64,000 bases of DNA, taken from contig LVLI01000035.1 of assembly GCA_001687465.1 (NCBI GenBank), positions 1 to 64,000 of the forward strand, read 5' to 3'. Positions within the stretch are counted from its first letter, which is position 1, and the number at the start of each line of letters is the position of its first letter. Both the position numbers and the translations under genes were made by a program. Under the pieces are notes generated by a model. The model was not told where the DNA came from. It worked only from the letters and a program-made list of their open reading frames with translations, and ran no database searches. Source of the stretch: Halocafeteria seosinensis (lineage: Eukaryota). Below are positions 1 to 12,560 of this stretch, piece by piece.

Positions 1-447
1 ACTCGATACTGTGGATACTTCTGCCGTCCGAGCTGGCCATAACCTGGAATTTGTGTGGACGCAACGATACTATCACGCGATCAACAGGCAACACATGGTC
101 TGCTAGAGCAGGATTCAGAAAATGAAGCTCCAAGTGTTGAGGCCCAGTTTGAATAGAATAGTCGACATCTTTCACGAATGGTTTGTTTGCAACAGGCGTT
201 GGACTTTGAGCTTCTAATGCGCTCAAAGTATTTTGGGGTAGTTTTGCACGAAGGTTTTCAGCTACCTTCGACATGATCGGAACATCGCTCTTCAGTGTCT
301 GGGTGGTAGACAACTGCCGCGGATAGAGTCCCCACACAGTGCGATACAACCGATTATTCGCGACATCAGTATACAGTTGATTTAATTCTGTCATCTCAAA
401 CTCTTCGAATAGCTGCAGTAGAGAAAAATTGTCAAATCCAAACGATG
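1..447 (-). CDS. Coding exon in the spacer and left arm of the inverted repeat (SFGFDNFSLLQLFEEFEMTELNQ...DYSIQTGP-QHLELHF...), hypothetical protein
   Basis: Stop-free minus-strand frame from a 43-nt GT-AG intron (490-448) through 140; it reads in frame into the repeat arm and gives the same peptide as the ORF at 497+. Confidence 0.7.
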
Positions 448-635
448 CTATGGATGTTAATGAAATGAGGCCTCAGTAATGACCACCTACCTCATCCAAC
501 ACTTGGAGCTTCATTTTCTGAATCCTGCTCTAGCAGACCATGTGTTGCCTGTTGATCGCGTGATAGTATCGTTGCGTCCACACAAATTCCAGGTTATGGC
601 CAGCTCGGACGGCAGAAGTATCCACAGTATCGAGT
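1..635. repeat. Perfect inverted repeat: 1-139 is the reverse complement of 497-635, with a 357-bp spacer; the left arm runs off the window
   Basis: Base-by-base: 497-635 CAACACTTGGAGC...CACAGTATCGAGT equals the reverse complement of 1-139 ACTCGATACTGTG...GCTCCAAGTGTTG. Confidence 0.97.
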
Positions 636-1267
636 TGAAAGACAACACCGAACCATGGAATCGATTCCAGGATTCATACGCCAACCCTAACAATCCAATA
701 CTTCCTTCCGTCGCTGAAGATCTTCCGCGATCGATCGGTACTGTGACTGGCTCAGCTAACTTTCAGTCATCGTCCCTGGAAGACGCTCAGTGGTTACCTA
801 TTGGGCAACAACTCTCGACGCACACTCGTACTTTAAATACCGAGATTTTCCCATCTACTACGTCCTTCAATGGAAACTCCTCTAGCACGCTCAGTAACAG
901 TCAATCAATTGTTTCGGCCAGTGAAAAGAGTGGATCTGCAACAACGACGCTGTGCAGTAACGCCATGTCGACTTCCCGAGCGTCCCTGCTAAATGTCGGT
1001 GGATTCGATTTCGGAGCTGATCCTGGACATCACCAGAACGGGGACATTTTTTCTGGATTCCCCGTTTCACTTGAGGATGTCAGCGATGAGGTTAGTGGCT
1101 CTTTCGGGGACACATATAGTAGGCACAACAACATCAATTGGGGGACAGGGGTATCAATTAAAGAACCGACATTGGCAGAGCCGGCCCAAGCGGACTTAGA
1201 GAGGGTATCTAGTGTTTCGAGCTTTGACAGCGTGTTTGGTTCCAGCCTGAGTGAACTCCAAGGATAG
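497..1267 (+). CDS. 3' part of a hypothetical Ser-rich protein; its apparent 5' exon is the inverted segment 447-140
   Basis: ORF 479..1267; the first 6 codons come from antisense spacer sequence; ends in TAG. Confidence 0.6.
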   Translation, partial: QHLELHFLNPALADHVLPVDRVIVSLRPHKFQVMASSDGRSIHSIELKDNTEPWNRFQDSYANPNNPILPSVAEDLPRSIGTVTGSANFQSSSLEDAQWLPIGQQLSTHTRTLNTEIFPSTTSFNGNSSSTLSNSQSIVSASEKSGSATTTLCSNAMSTSRASLLNVGGFDFGADPGHHQNGDIFSGFPVSLEDVSDEVSGSFGDTYSRHNNINWGTGVSIKEPTLAEPAQADLERVSSVSSFDSVFGSSLSELQG

Positions 1268-1759
1268 CTGGTTAGCAGGGACCACTGCTCACATTTGTTC
1301 GTGTGGAGCATTTATTCATGTTTTTTGCGTTGGCGCTGCATGCGATGCAGTAGCGGGACGCAAATGTTCATATTGGTGTATAGCTTGGATGTGCCCGTTT
1401 CATGTTATCCAAGAATACATACACCCTGTGCAGTCATCCCCTGCATTCTGGTACGATTACTTGTCATCTTTCTTTTTGTTTTTTTGTCAATCTGGCTTCC
1501 TACCATATGAGGATGTCATCAGTTAACTTGAAGTTTGTCCACCCCTTGACAGGGCAGGGACCACCTCAAGCGCGTAGATGCTGCACTTCATGCAGTATAC
1601 GGATAGATATTACTAGAATCCTGCCTCGTTAGTTAAAATTGCAAACAAGGCCAGCAACAACCTTACTGTTCTCAGAAGAGCGTTCCCCGGTATTGCACGC
1701 TGGTGGGGCAAGCAACGGATCACTCCGTGGTTTAATATTTGGTGCATGGGAACGACAAG

Positions 1760-4700
1760 ATGAGCAACAGGCGGTACGAAATCCAGCGGGAAGGTGAAGA
1801 GGAGGAATCCACGCCTGAGTGGATGAAACGAGTGAAAAACGATGAGTTAGATTTGATCTTGCGGTACGCTCCAACCGAAGCTTCGAGCCCCAAGTCGGAA
1901 TTGATACCGTGTGTATACTGGCTGCAGAGCGTCAGCGGCTTATGCTATCCACGGCCGTGCACCTGAGTTAGAGCGGGATAGACAGAAACTGAGTCAGCAA
2001 ATTCGGCCTTCTGATGACAAGGGATGGTTCGACGTCCCAGCTTCTCAGTACGTAATGATCGCATGGAATGCTACCGTTATCTCTGAAGACTGCTTGTCTC
2101 CTTGCAGCAAGGGACCTATGACGTACAACTCGTCGTACACAGGAAGAGCACTAAAGAGTCAGGCACCGGCAATGCAGAACCATATAGCTCTTGTGAGTAG
2201 TATCTCAGCTTTTTCCATAACGCTTTTCCCTCTTACTTCGTATTTGGGCAGGAACGATTATATATCCCCCCTGATGTGCGTGCGGAAATAGAGAAGGCAA
2301 AAAACAGTAAGAGGGCGGGACCGACCAATATTCGTATCACATTTGCGAGCCGATTGCACTGTGCGTGTATAAACGCAGCGTTTACAACCAAGGACTTCAA
2401 GAAGACTACCCTAAAAGCTCTCGGAGAAGGCGAAACAGCCCTGTCCAGTTTGCGAGGAACCATCCTCAGCAATGCCAACAGTCCCGCTAGGGACAAATCA
2501 GACAGCAAAAAGAAAGGAAACGAGCTCTCAGTAACAGATGGTAAGCAACAGTTGCTCCTGCATTGTTCTGGGCATATAAGGTGGCAAGGTGTCCTATGTT
2601 ACAGCGAGTTCCACTAAGGGGCTCCCATTGCTGGAGGATACATTTCCGGATAAACTAAAACCATCTCAACTGATGAAGAAATACACAATTTTTCGGATGA
2701 GAGATGATAGCGTAAAAGGAAGTGAAGATTTCAAAGAAGAGTCAGACTCTACAGGGCTACGTTTAGGCAAGCCAGGAGTGTCGGCAAAGAACCGGCAGGG
2801 AGACATTGGCGATTTTCCGTATACCATGAATAAAGGAGGTCCCGGAATGGTCAACGGCATTCTCACTGTCAATTATGAGAACGCCCGCGAAGCCACGGCC
2901 GAAGCGATGAAATGGGGAGAGGTTGGCAACATCAAGTACAAGGACAAGGAAGTGGTGATGACGGTAAAACTGGCACCTCAATTCTACGAGCCGTTTGCTC
3001 AGTCTCTGAAGGCTTCGATAGAAGATAACTTTACTTTTGAATCACAGTTGAGTCCTCCACTTTTTATTGCTGATATAGGATCAAAGAAGGCCAAAGCCCG
3101 GAAAGCTGAAGAGTATAAGGAAAACGACAAGCAATTGTCACAATCTGAGACTTTTGAGCAGGAAATTCAAGCGGAGAATGACCAAGGGAATAATACAAAG
3201 AGAGAAAAACAATGGCCAGCGGAAATTGACGAACACGAGCTGCATAAACAAGAAATGCGAAAGGAGAAAGCCAAGGCTCAGTTGGAAATCAACAAACTAT
3301 TCAGAGAATTCTCAGAGTTAGGAGAAACACATAAAATGAACTTGCTTCACCGACAAGGGTGGCAAGTACATGCCGATCGTACTCCATGGTACCAACGCCG
3401 CGAGCTGTCTTACGAAAAAAAACGAACGTCAGTAACCTTGTCAAACTGTTTCGCGAGCATCTACCTTACACAGATTGTTCGGTTCTCCTAATTTTTACCG
3501 CAGAAGGCTTATTCAAAAGCAGAGAGATGAAGAATTGAGACTGGGTAAAGTAATGGATATGTGGATTGAGAAAGGCGAACAGCCTGTCCGCGTGTATCCA
3601 AACATTAACGAAGCCGACGATGAGGGAAATACACCACTCATACTCGCAGCGAAGAATGGATGGGATAAGGCCGTACAGCTTTTGCTCTCCATGGGTGCGG
3701 ACCATCGCAAAAAAACAATATTTAACGAAAATGCACTTTCGCTCGCTAGGGCTGAGTCAGAAGCGGCTTCTGTTGCCATCTTCCGAAGGCAGCCAGGTGC
3801 CGGAGAGCGCAAACGCAGGGCAGCTCGTTGCATTCGTGTTTTAGACACCAGAACTCTGCTGAAAGTTGTCCAAGATGGAGACTATCGACGGGCACGCTAC
3901 CTGATTCGTGATGTTCGTAACATGCCATAACGCCCTCGAATTGTGTTCAAGCAGTGATCCTTAACCGTTTGCAACTTCTTCCGCAGGAGAAAGAGAACCC
4001 TAACTTAACAAACAAATACGGGATGACTCCTTTGCACTACGCTGTCATTAATCGTGACTTCGAAATGATCAAACTACTAGTACGTAACACACTAGCTCTT
4101 AATCAATTGTGCCGTCGCGAATATTCGCTCCCCACTCACAGTCTGAAGCGGGAGCCGATCCTGAGGCACGGAACAACAACGGACAGACACCCTTGATGCT
4201 GGCTCAAGCAGAGGACGATGAGCTCGCATTGGATATTGAAAAGTCCATTGGTGCGGGCAGAAAGGTTAGTCGACTGCAACACTATATTCCCCTGGCGCTG
4301 TTAGCAATCGCTCCTGTCACATTACAGATGAAGAAACTCCGACAACGGGAAGCCATTCAGAAGAAACGTCAAGAAGAAGAATTAGCAAGGAAGGAAGATC
4401 TCTTGGCTAGAGAACTAAGAATATACACTAAAGGAACAGCAGCTGCGAAAGCAGTTTTTACGAGCTTCAGGAAAACCGATGACCGTCGTAAACCAACACA
4501 ACGAGAGACATCAGCCTCGAACGAGAAACCCATGTTGTATCCAGAAAATCCGGCTGAGACGAAAACATCCCGGAAAAGGAAGCCAAAGTACAGCCTCACT
4601 TCTGACGCGCGCAGCGCTATGAAGCCTTCTCCCGACTTTGAAAACTTAAAGAAAAAAAGTCTTGCAACATCATGGAACAGACACGCGTTGAACTTCTACG

Positions 4701-4963
4701 GGAAGCTGGTAAAGGAAAAGAGCTCTAACGAACACGTGGAAGCTCACAGAACTCTTAGCTCAACGTCGCTTGCTGCCCACGAGCTACCACAGAATACCTT
4801 ATCAGCAAGTACAGGTGCTGCTTCCTACGAATACCAGGAGCGAACAAGGCAACCCAAGAAACTGGATGAGGAGATGAGAAATGAACAGATGATCCCGGCG
4901 ACAACCGACCCTAAATTTGAAGACTGGCTCAGGTTCCGGTTCGGTAAAATAAGTACAATCTAG
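1760..4963 (+). CDS. Multi-exon ankyrin-repeat and coiled-coil protein
   Basis: Ankyrin motifs GNTPLILAAKNG, GMTPLHYAV, GQTPLMLA; eight short GT-AG introns join the ORFs at 1739, 1911, 2276, 2589, 3475, 3954 and 4109 in frame. Confidence 0.85.
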
Positions 4964-4987
4964 GTCACGTCTGCTCTTGTTCATTGA

Positions 4988-6843
4988 TCAGCTATTGAAA
5001 CCGTAAGGAGGTAGACTTCGTGTTCGCCGCCTTCTCATATGATAACCTCGGCGAGTTTTGAGGCCATTCAATTCCTTCTCTGGGCCATCCTCAGAACTAT
5101 CTAAGATGGAGTTAGCAAAATAGTTATTTATGAGAATATGAATATTCGCCATTTGCGCTCCAGGAAGCCTTTTAGAGATGCTTTTACCCATTTCTGTAGC
5201 CCACTTTCTTGTACTTTCTCCAAAGAATCTCATCGCGAATGAAGCTGACCCCTGTCTTTGCTCTTGGGAAGATTCCGTCGAAGGGGATGATGGCGCATTG
5301 CAATCATCTGTATCACCTGAGGCAAAGGATGGGCGGGTACCACTATCCTGTCGATCAAGCGACCCATTCCAATTGTCCCAAAAATTAGAAAGCTCGTCAA
5401 TCGAGCCAGAGGATCCGTAATCACATCTTGAATCAGTTGCAGCACGCCATCTTGAGGAAGCGATCGCTTCTCTGGGAAGCTGGACTTGGACGTCGGTGCG
5501 TAGAGGTCTCTCTGCACTTCGTGAAGATGCACTTTTCTTTTGCACAGAAACAGAGGGGAGAGGTCTCGGATCAGACGCATCATCACCATCAGTATCGTCT
5601 TGAGAAGCTACCTTCGCCTCGGAAGCGGTAGGCGTAGCCTCCTTAGTTTCCCCAAAGAGCCATATCAGATTCGAATTCTTTTCCGAAAAGACAGCAATGT
5701 CCTCACGAGGAAGTAATCCCGGCTCTAGGAAAATTATCTTCCTCAAATAAGGGTGAGTATTCCAAATCCAAAATACTAAAGGCGTGGCGTAGAGTGAGAT
5801 CACTACCTGCAATGATAGACTCACGAAACTATTCGAACACAACACTGAAGATGACAGCAAAGCCACAACTTACATCCACGGTATAGTGATTCCTAGAGGC
5901 TACTATCAATGCATCTGTTACTATAACCAGTACAGCTTCCAACCATAAGATCCATTTAGCGGTCACATCCCGAAACACTAGCCACTGGCAAAACACGGTC
6001 AACATGACAAATGTAGCATGCCCCGAAAAAATTAAGTCATGACACGATCCAATATGAAGACCGCCTTTATGGCAAACCATGCTACTGTCAGGCAAAGTTG
6101 TACCCACAAAAGATAGAGCTCTGAGAGTAAGGAGAGTCCCGTGGCTCGTTAGAAACACTCGTAGACCTCCCAATAGTCGTTCGTTCCGATAGTAGAACAT
6201 GCACCCGAGATAACCCACAAGAGGCAGCAGGTAAAGGACCTGGATCGCATAAAGAAAATTCAATAAACACCACCAGCGTTGCATCAGATGTGAACCGACG
6301 TACCTCAGGGATCCAACGATATCGTTGTAAATCTGGGAAGAACTCCTGTCCCAGGTCGGGGAGCCGTTGAGTGCCAATCATCTCGTGGTCGATAACNCCC
6401 CGCCGGTATGCAATGGCGACGCACTTTGTGTGGAACAGTACTGCACAAACGAATCCACTTGTTACTTTCGCTGTTTTCCAGAACGAGTGCCGATACATCC
6501 AAATCCACGCCAACAGTGGCCTCCAAACGAAGGACACAAAGAACTCCTTGAGGGAGTGCTGGCGGATGAATCTTATTGAGTGCAGCGAAAAGACCCAAAG
6601 AGTCGCAAAGAAAGTATACACCTGAATCATGCACTTGATAGCAAAGCTGTCAAAGTATATGTTGTCTTTACTGAAGCCAACTTCCGGCTCTGTAGACCGT
6701 TCATCTGACATGGTCCATTTTCCCCCTCGAGGGGCGTCTTTACGATCAGTGTTCCCCCCTTTGCATTTAGCGGACATGCCAGAAGAGTGACATGCCTCCT
6801 CTTGAGACGGATACATTGTTTTAGTAGACGTTCTCCTCTGCAT
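4988..6843 (-). CDS. Sphingomyelin synthase / inositol-phosphorylceramide synthase family (PAP2_C) membrane enzyme, 3 exons
   Basis: Motifs LPDLG, TTLPD, CHDLIFSGH and ASRNHYTVDV plus hydrophobic helices; introns near 6303-6241 and 5871-5808; ambiguous base at 6397. Confidence 0.88.
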
Positions 6844-7253
6844 AGATTACGTGTTCTGACCCACGGTTGAGGCTTCCCACCGAAGGCGCACCGAGTTAAC
6901 GACAAAAAGGATCTCCAGGGGGAGCTGACGAGGAAGGTGGACGTGCCAGCGGAAACGTTATATGCCCACTTCTGTGTAGAACTGAATAACACCTGAGAAG
7001 CGACAAATGCGGAACTATGATATAGTACCGAGGAACTGTCGTGCGCCCTCTAATAAATGCTTGCGAGTTGAACGTGTTATCTCCCTGGCAGGGCGGGATA
7101 CTGGAGGTCCACGGGTAAACTGCAAACCCACGAGAATGGGCAAGACTGCTGTTTCCCTCCTCTATTCAGAAAGGCATTTAAATCTCATTAAACAATTTCA
7201 TTTCCTCCGATTTCAACGAGCTGAGGGTTGAACCTCGCCAACGGGATAAGATG

Positions 7254-7308
7254 CCCGGCCGGCGGCCCCGCGCGCGGCAGGACGATTTCGGCGGGGCCGC
7301 CGGCCGGG
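7254..7308. repeat. Perfect 18-bp all-GC inverted repeat (hairpin) with a 19-nt loop
   Basis: CCCGGCCGGCGGCCCCGC (7254-7271) and GCGGGGCCGCCGGCCGGG (7291-7308). Confidence 0.95.
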
Positions 7309-7610
7309 GATGGATGGGAAATTTAGGTTGTTTTGGAAAGTACCAAATTATGAAATATGTTATGAAGCTGTTAAAAATTATAGTTATGCTGTACGTAAGA
7401 TACACTTTCTACAACCAAGGTCAACAAACAAAGTGAGCATTTTCGACTGCCGAAACTGGTAACACAACGATGACACAACGTTGGCTTGGGAGGTACTTCC
7501 GTCGGGAAGTCCCAAGCGTTTTCAGAAGGAACCTCAATTTTCCACCGATTTCATATTACTATTTTATCGATTTAATGTAGAAGACGAAAAGCGTATACTC
7601 TGAATTAACA

Positions 7611-8439
7611 CTACGCATTAGGGGCTTTCTTAGCAGCTTCTCTCGCTTTCGATTCATACTTCTTGACATCCTCCCTCATTTCACTAGCAGCATCCGCATT
7701 TAACGCATTACCTGAAGTACAGATACATGCAACTTCGCAATGAAAATCAAGCGAGTTACTAGTCCAGCATCATAATGCGCAGTTTACCTAAATCAGGGCA
7801 TGAAAGAAGCTTGAATACGTGTTCGGCTCGTCTATCGATCTTCACCGTCGGTTTGTTTATACCCTGTAGTTGCAAGCAATTTGCAATTGGACAATCGAAG
7901 TTAACGAGGACGAGTCTCCAGACAGTACGGAACAGAGAAATGCGTACCTCCATACATATTTCCCCAGTTTCGGGGTCGACATTAGGGTGGTACAAAGCCC
8001 CTACATCAAACTTCATCTGCAATCGCGTCCAAATCTTAGCTGCCAACACTCGCAAGCGCCACTAGCAGAACATACTGAAGGTGATTCCATGGGATACTTG
8101 TCCGGATACTTGAGGGTCAATCGGAACTGCTTCCCCTTGTACGGACAGTCTCGAATTTCATCATCCACGCTATACTTGTCCTGCAACGAAGTTAACGACT
8201 CTCCCATCATACAGCATACCCCTTCACTGAGCGTTTATAGCATACGGGGCCTTGGATCCATAATTCCCATGTAAATGGGTCATCCTCGTCAGGCTGTGTA
8301 ACACGTCCATGCTCCACTTTCGGCCAGATCTTCTCTCTCTCCTGAACTTCAAACCTATTTCGTTTACGGCTCTTTTTGCTCTGATCGGCAGCAAACTAAC
8401 CTTTAGGAGTGCCTTCACGGCCGTCGATTGAGAAGCCAT
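7611..8439 (-). CDS. Ubiquitin-conjugating enzyme E2 (UBE2L3-like features), 6 exons
   Basis: PYKGKQFRLTLKYPDKYPMESP and YHPNVDPETGEIC (HPN plus catalytic Cys); spliced product ends ...KAREAAKKAPNA*. Confidence 0.9.
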
Positions 8440-8948
8440 TGTCTGAATCGAATGAATATTTCGAACGCTGTGTTTAGCACACTACAACACGTCGACGTCC
8501 TGCAGGGAGATAACATTGAGGATGGTAAACAAATGACCTAGATTCGAAAGTATATCACCTACCACCAGAATATTGTACGTTGGCTTCTACGATAAGATAA
8601 CACAAAATACATTCCAGTACCGACTATCTATGAGGTGATCTTTGGTTCTCAGCATGCCCCTGAGCATTGCCCCAACAGTGTTGGGCCAACAGTGAAGTTC
8701 TGGCAACCTTCACAGATGCTAGTTGACGTCGAAGTTTACAAACGGAACGTGATTAAAGGTACGTGAAGTGAGAAATCATTGGGAGCAATACCATTTGTAC
8801 GCTAGATACTTGTAAGGTTCGACTATTGAGACATGTTATCGACCTTGCCAGCGTAACTGCAAGCAACAATAGCGGGTGGGCTATCTACCTACTTTGTATC
8901 TGTCACATACGGGTTGTAGCACCTGGGAACACAGCCGGAAATACAGGC

Positions 8949-10824
8949 CTATGATGACTTCTCAGACGAATGCAATTGAAGCCGGCGGCTGTGGCTCATT
9001 AGTCGGACGTTTGAACCGGCATGCATTGGGACCAACTGGAAGCTCTCTTGAAGTGGGAAATGGACATCCCTGAATCTCGGTCGCTCCTGGCTAGTTCGCG
9101 ACAACGTTCCCATACCTTTGCTGGAGCCAATAGAATGAGGTCGTCGTGAGAAAGCACTTCGAGGGCGGGAGTAGGCTGATCGACCAAACTGAACTTGAAG
9201 ACTGGAAGGCATACTCATGTCAATGAGTGTAGCTTTTGTCTTCGAGTCTTCTGCGGCTGACGCCGCTGCAGAATCGTTCCGGAGTTGGTCTTCAGACTCA
9301 AACGACATCGATTGCCTCTGGTGCCCAACCTGCGCACTTTGAGTTCGTCGTGGCAATGTATAATTATCGTTCTCTACGCTGCTGTTCCTATCCACGGTCT
9401 TCGGAGTTCCAGGGGGTGAAGCACTCTGATCCGAAGCTTCCCAAGGGGCACTGCCGGTCACTTGATTCTCCATAGCTATCACTTCTTTGTTTTGCCTTGC
9501 TGGCAGATCCATCGTCTTTTTCCCTGCATCTTTCACCGCCTCGTCCATCGCTAGCACCGAAACTAGCTGCTGCTCCTGTACATCCTCGTCTTCTTCCATG
9601 GAAGAAGCATGGTTGCTGCCCTGGACCGGGTTCATTTGTGACGACTGCGCCATTCTGGAGTAGTCGGCTAGTCCGGAAGAACGAAGCGTTGTGTTAGCCG
9701 TGATACAAGGTTCGTCAATTGACGACGGACGAGGAACGAAACTCACGTTTCCGTCAGAGCTTCCTCCACCGGCAAGCTGGATGATGCCGTCGGTTGTATG
9801 TGGGCGCGTTTTATCTCCGTTCGTATTCGGATATGTGCCGTGGTCCGCAACACCGTTTGCTGAAGACGGCTGAGGTTCGGCATCGAATGCCTCATAGATC
9901 CATTCGTTAGCTACATTAAACTTCGCGGATCTCCGGCCATACACAGGCTTCTCGGACTCATACTTCATTGTATTTCTCCTCCTCCAAGCGTTTTCGCTCC
10001 TTCTCGTACTCTTGACAAGCTGAGTATGTGCCGCAGAGTGTGGGCGTTGCAGGGTGACACCCCCAGCGTTGTGCTTACTGCTCCTTTTGAGGATTTTCAT
10101 TACGGACTTTGCATGGTAAAGGCGTTCTACATCTTGCTTCCGCCAGTTTCTTTGGCGTTCGATTTCCTTTTGTTCGTTGTAAGGGTACACTATATGACTC
10201 TCGTAAGGTGCCGTTTCGGTGGTAAGCTTGAATGCATGGCCTTTCGAACGGTTATTGAGGGGTGCTGAGGTCCCAGTACGCTGCTGTTGAACCTTGGGCG
10301 CCGGAAATATGTCCTCCGAAGCTGGCTTTCGGTACTTCTGCAACTTTCATACTGAACACATAAAGTCTGTTCCGAATTGGACGAGAAGTTGACAAATCTT
10401 TCTTACCGCTACGTAGTCGGCAGCTGTCCCTAATGCTCTTCTAAAGTTCCCCAGGCCGTTGAATACCTCTTGTAAATGGCTCGAGGCTCCCTCGTTTAAG
10501 CAGGCTTCCAATCTCTCAAGCCGTATAGTTCTTTCTGCATAAAGACAAGTTGAATGTGTTTAGCGTACAATGCCGGTATTCTGCCGACTATCACTTACGA
10601 GCTTTGGTAGATGGCTGGCGTCCTCGAATGAGACTGTTAACAATGGGCGTGCTTTGTTGAGAGGGTAGTCTGTCTGCCAATAGTGATGGAGTTGGCCTTC
10701 TGGCAGATTGCTGCAAAGGCTGTCTGCTGGAGGTAGAGTTTGGAAGTTTAGATCTTTCCTGTTTCCAGGAAGTTGGGATCCCAGGAATCACAGGATAAGA
10801 CCTACTGTCTGCGTCTGTGATCAT
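8949..10824 (-). CDS. Hypothetical low-complexity protein, 3 exons
   Basis: ORFs 10591..10848 and 8949..10343 joined through GT-AG introns and a middle exon (ERTIRLERLEACL...); no domain recognised. Confidence 0.65.
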
Positions 10825-11065
10825 TCTTAGAGAGTTGTGATCCAACAATTTGTGGAACGTTGCTATATTCGTTGAAGCACGCCAGCGCCAAACAGTCTAA
10901 TAGACGAGCACTCCCCGCCCATTACACGTAGCAGTGATAATGACCATTAATATTATCGATATTAACCAAACTAACTACAACTTCTATACACGTAGTTGTC
11001 TAGTACAATGTCCACCATACTGGTATTATTAGGACGCGGCGCGAACGGTATTCCATCTTGAAACT

Positions 11066-12294
11066 TCAACCACGTTCCACGGAATCGTTGCTTGGCTTCC
11101 TCTTCAACTCAAACAAATTCAAGTCCTCATCTCTGAAGTCGCTGGGATGACTCGAACGGGGTACCTGTGCTTCCAACTCCAAAGCGACTAGAAACCTTGT
11201 TAAATCGAATAGAATGCTGGGTGAATACATACCTCTTTTATATTAAAGTGTTCGGATAAGAGATCGAACAGCAAGTTATCAGCAGAGCGGGTTCGCGTTT
11301 GATGCGATAGCAAAATCAAAGGCCCGATACCGCTCACGCCCGTGACGGATTCACACCATTCATGGTCTACATGCTTGGAATCTTCTCCATCGAAGCCAAT
11401 TTCTACAGCCTCGTTCGTGAGCACTACCAATGTATTCACCAGAGGGCGAATTAATTCTTCAACCCCTGAAGAGGATCACAAAAACAGGTGAGGTCATCAC
11501 ATGCACTACAAGGTGCAATTTATTTGATCTTACACACTACATCCGCCGCAAGGATGACATCAATGCCAGGAATAGGAAAGGGCTTCGACCAATCTAGCTC
11601 CAACGAAGAAACTTCTCCTTTTAACAGACCTTTATTTTTCGCAATATTTGACTCAAGATTGTCTAGTGCATAGTCAAGATCTGTAATCAAAGTCTGTTTA
11701 GCGCCAAGCGCGGACGCCGCTAAACCGACAATACCAGTCCTGCAATGAGAACGCACAGACGTCCCCGCGCAATGTAAAAGGACACTATTTTCGCTTCGCA
11801 TACCCTGCACCAAGTTCTAGTACTCGCCTCCCACTAAGGACGGAGTGGTATCTGTGCTCCAGATATTTTGCAAGTAGTACGGCCTGCGTTGAATCAGGTG
11901 GGTGAGTTCCTCATGCTAGATGGTCTGGCTCATGTGGCTGACATACCCCGTCCCATATAGTCAATCCAGTGCCAATCCCCGTATTCTCTCTTTGTTGGAT
12001 GAATAATGGGGAACCGTGAATAGTAAATTCTCCGCCAGACCAGTCAAAATTGAATTTCCTGCCTGGAAGGGCCAAGGTTGGACCAGAGTTAAGTTCTCGT
12101 TGCTGTCGTTCTTGGCGTTCACGAATTTCACGTAGTTTCTTCGCTTTCTTCTCTGCCGGTGTGAGCACTTGATTGCTCGAGTGGCCATTGGACTCTGTAT
12201 CCTGATCGGCCATTTCTGCACAGGTCACTTGTGAACAAGTTAGCATACACAGCACAATCGCCGCATTGAATAACACCGAGCGCCTATCAGCCAT
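11066..12294 (-). CDS. Methyltransf_16 / METTL21-type protein-lysine methyltransferase, 5 exons
   Basis: GTGLTIWDG, VLELGAG-TGIVGL (motif I), ITD, LDW and DVILAADVV (motif II). Confidence 0.9.
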
Positions 12295-12560
12295 GCCGAA
12301 ATGTGGCCAAAATCACTGCACCACATACACATTGCCTCCTTTCACTGGAGGACATGGAGTGCCCGAGGACTACACAATGGAAACAACGCATAGCGTACAA
12401 GATGCTCAAACTTTCGTCTGTTCGAGATTCTGGCGTGAAGGAGCGCACAAACATTTCTGATAGCAACAAAACCAACAAAGTGTGAATGCAGAAGCTTGTG
12501 TTTTACGAAGCACATCTATACGTCTGATATTTGAAAGGGTTGATTTCAGCCGTGGAGGTG

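Noticed and set aside
6397..6397. Ambiguous base n in the SMS-like gene
   Set aside because: It is an assembly ambiguity and the reading frame is preserved across it.
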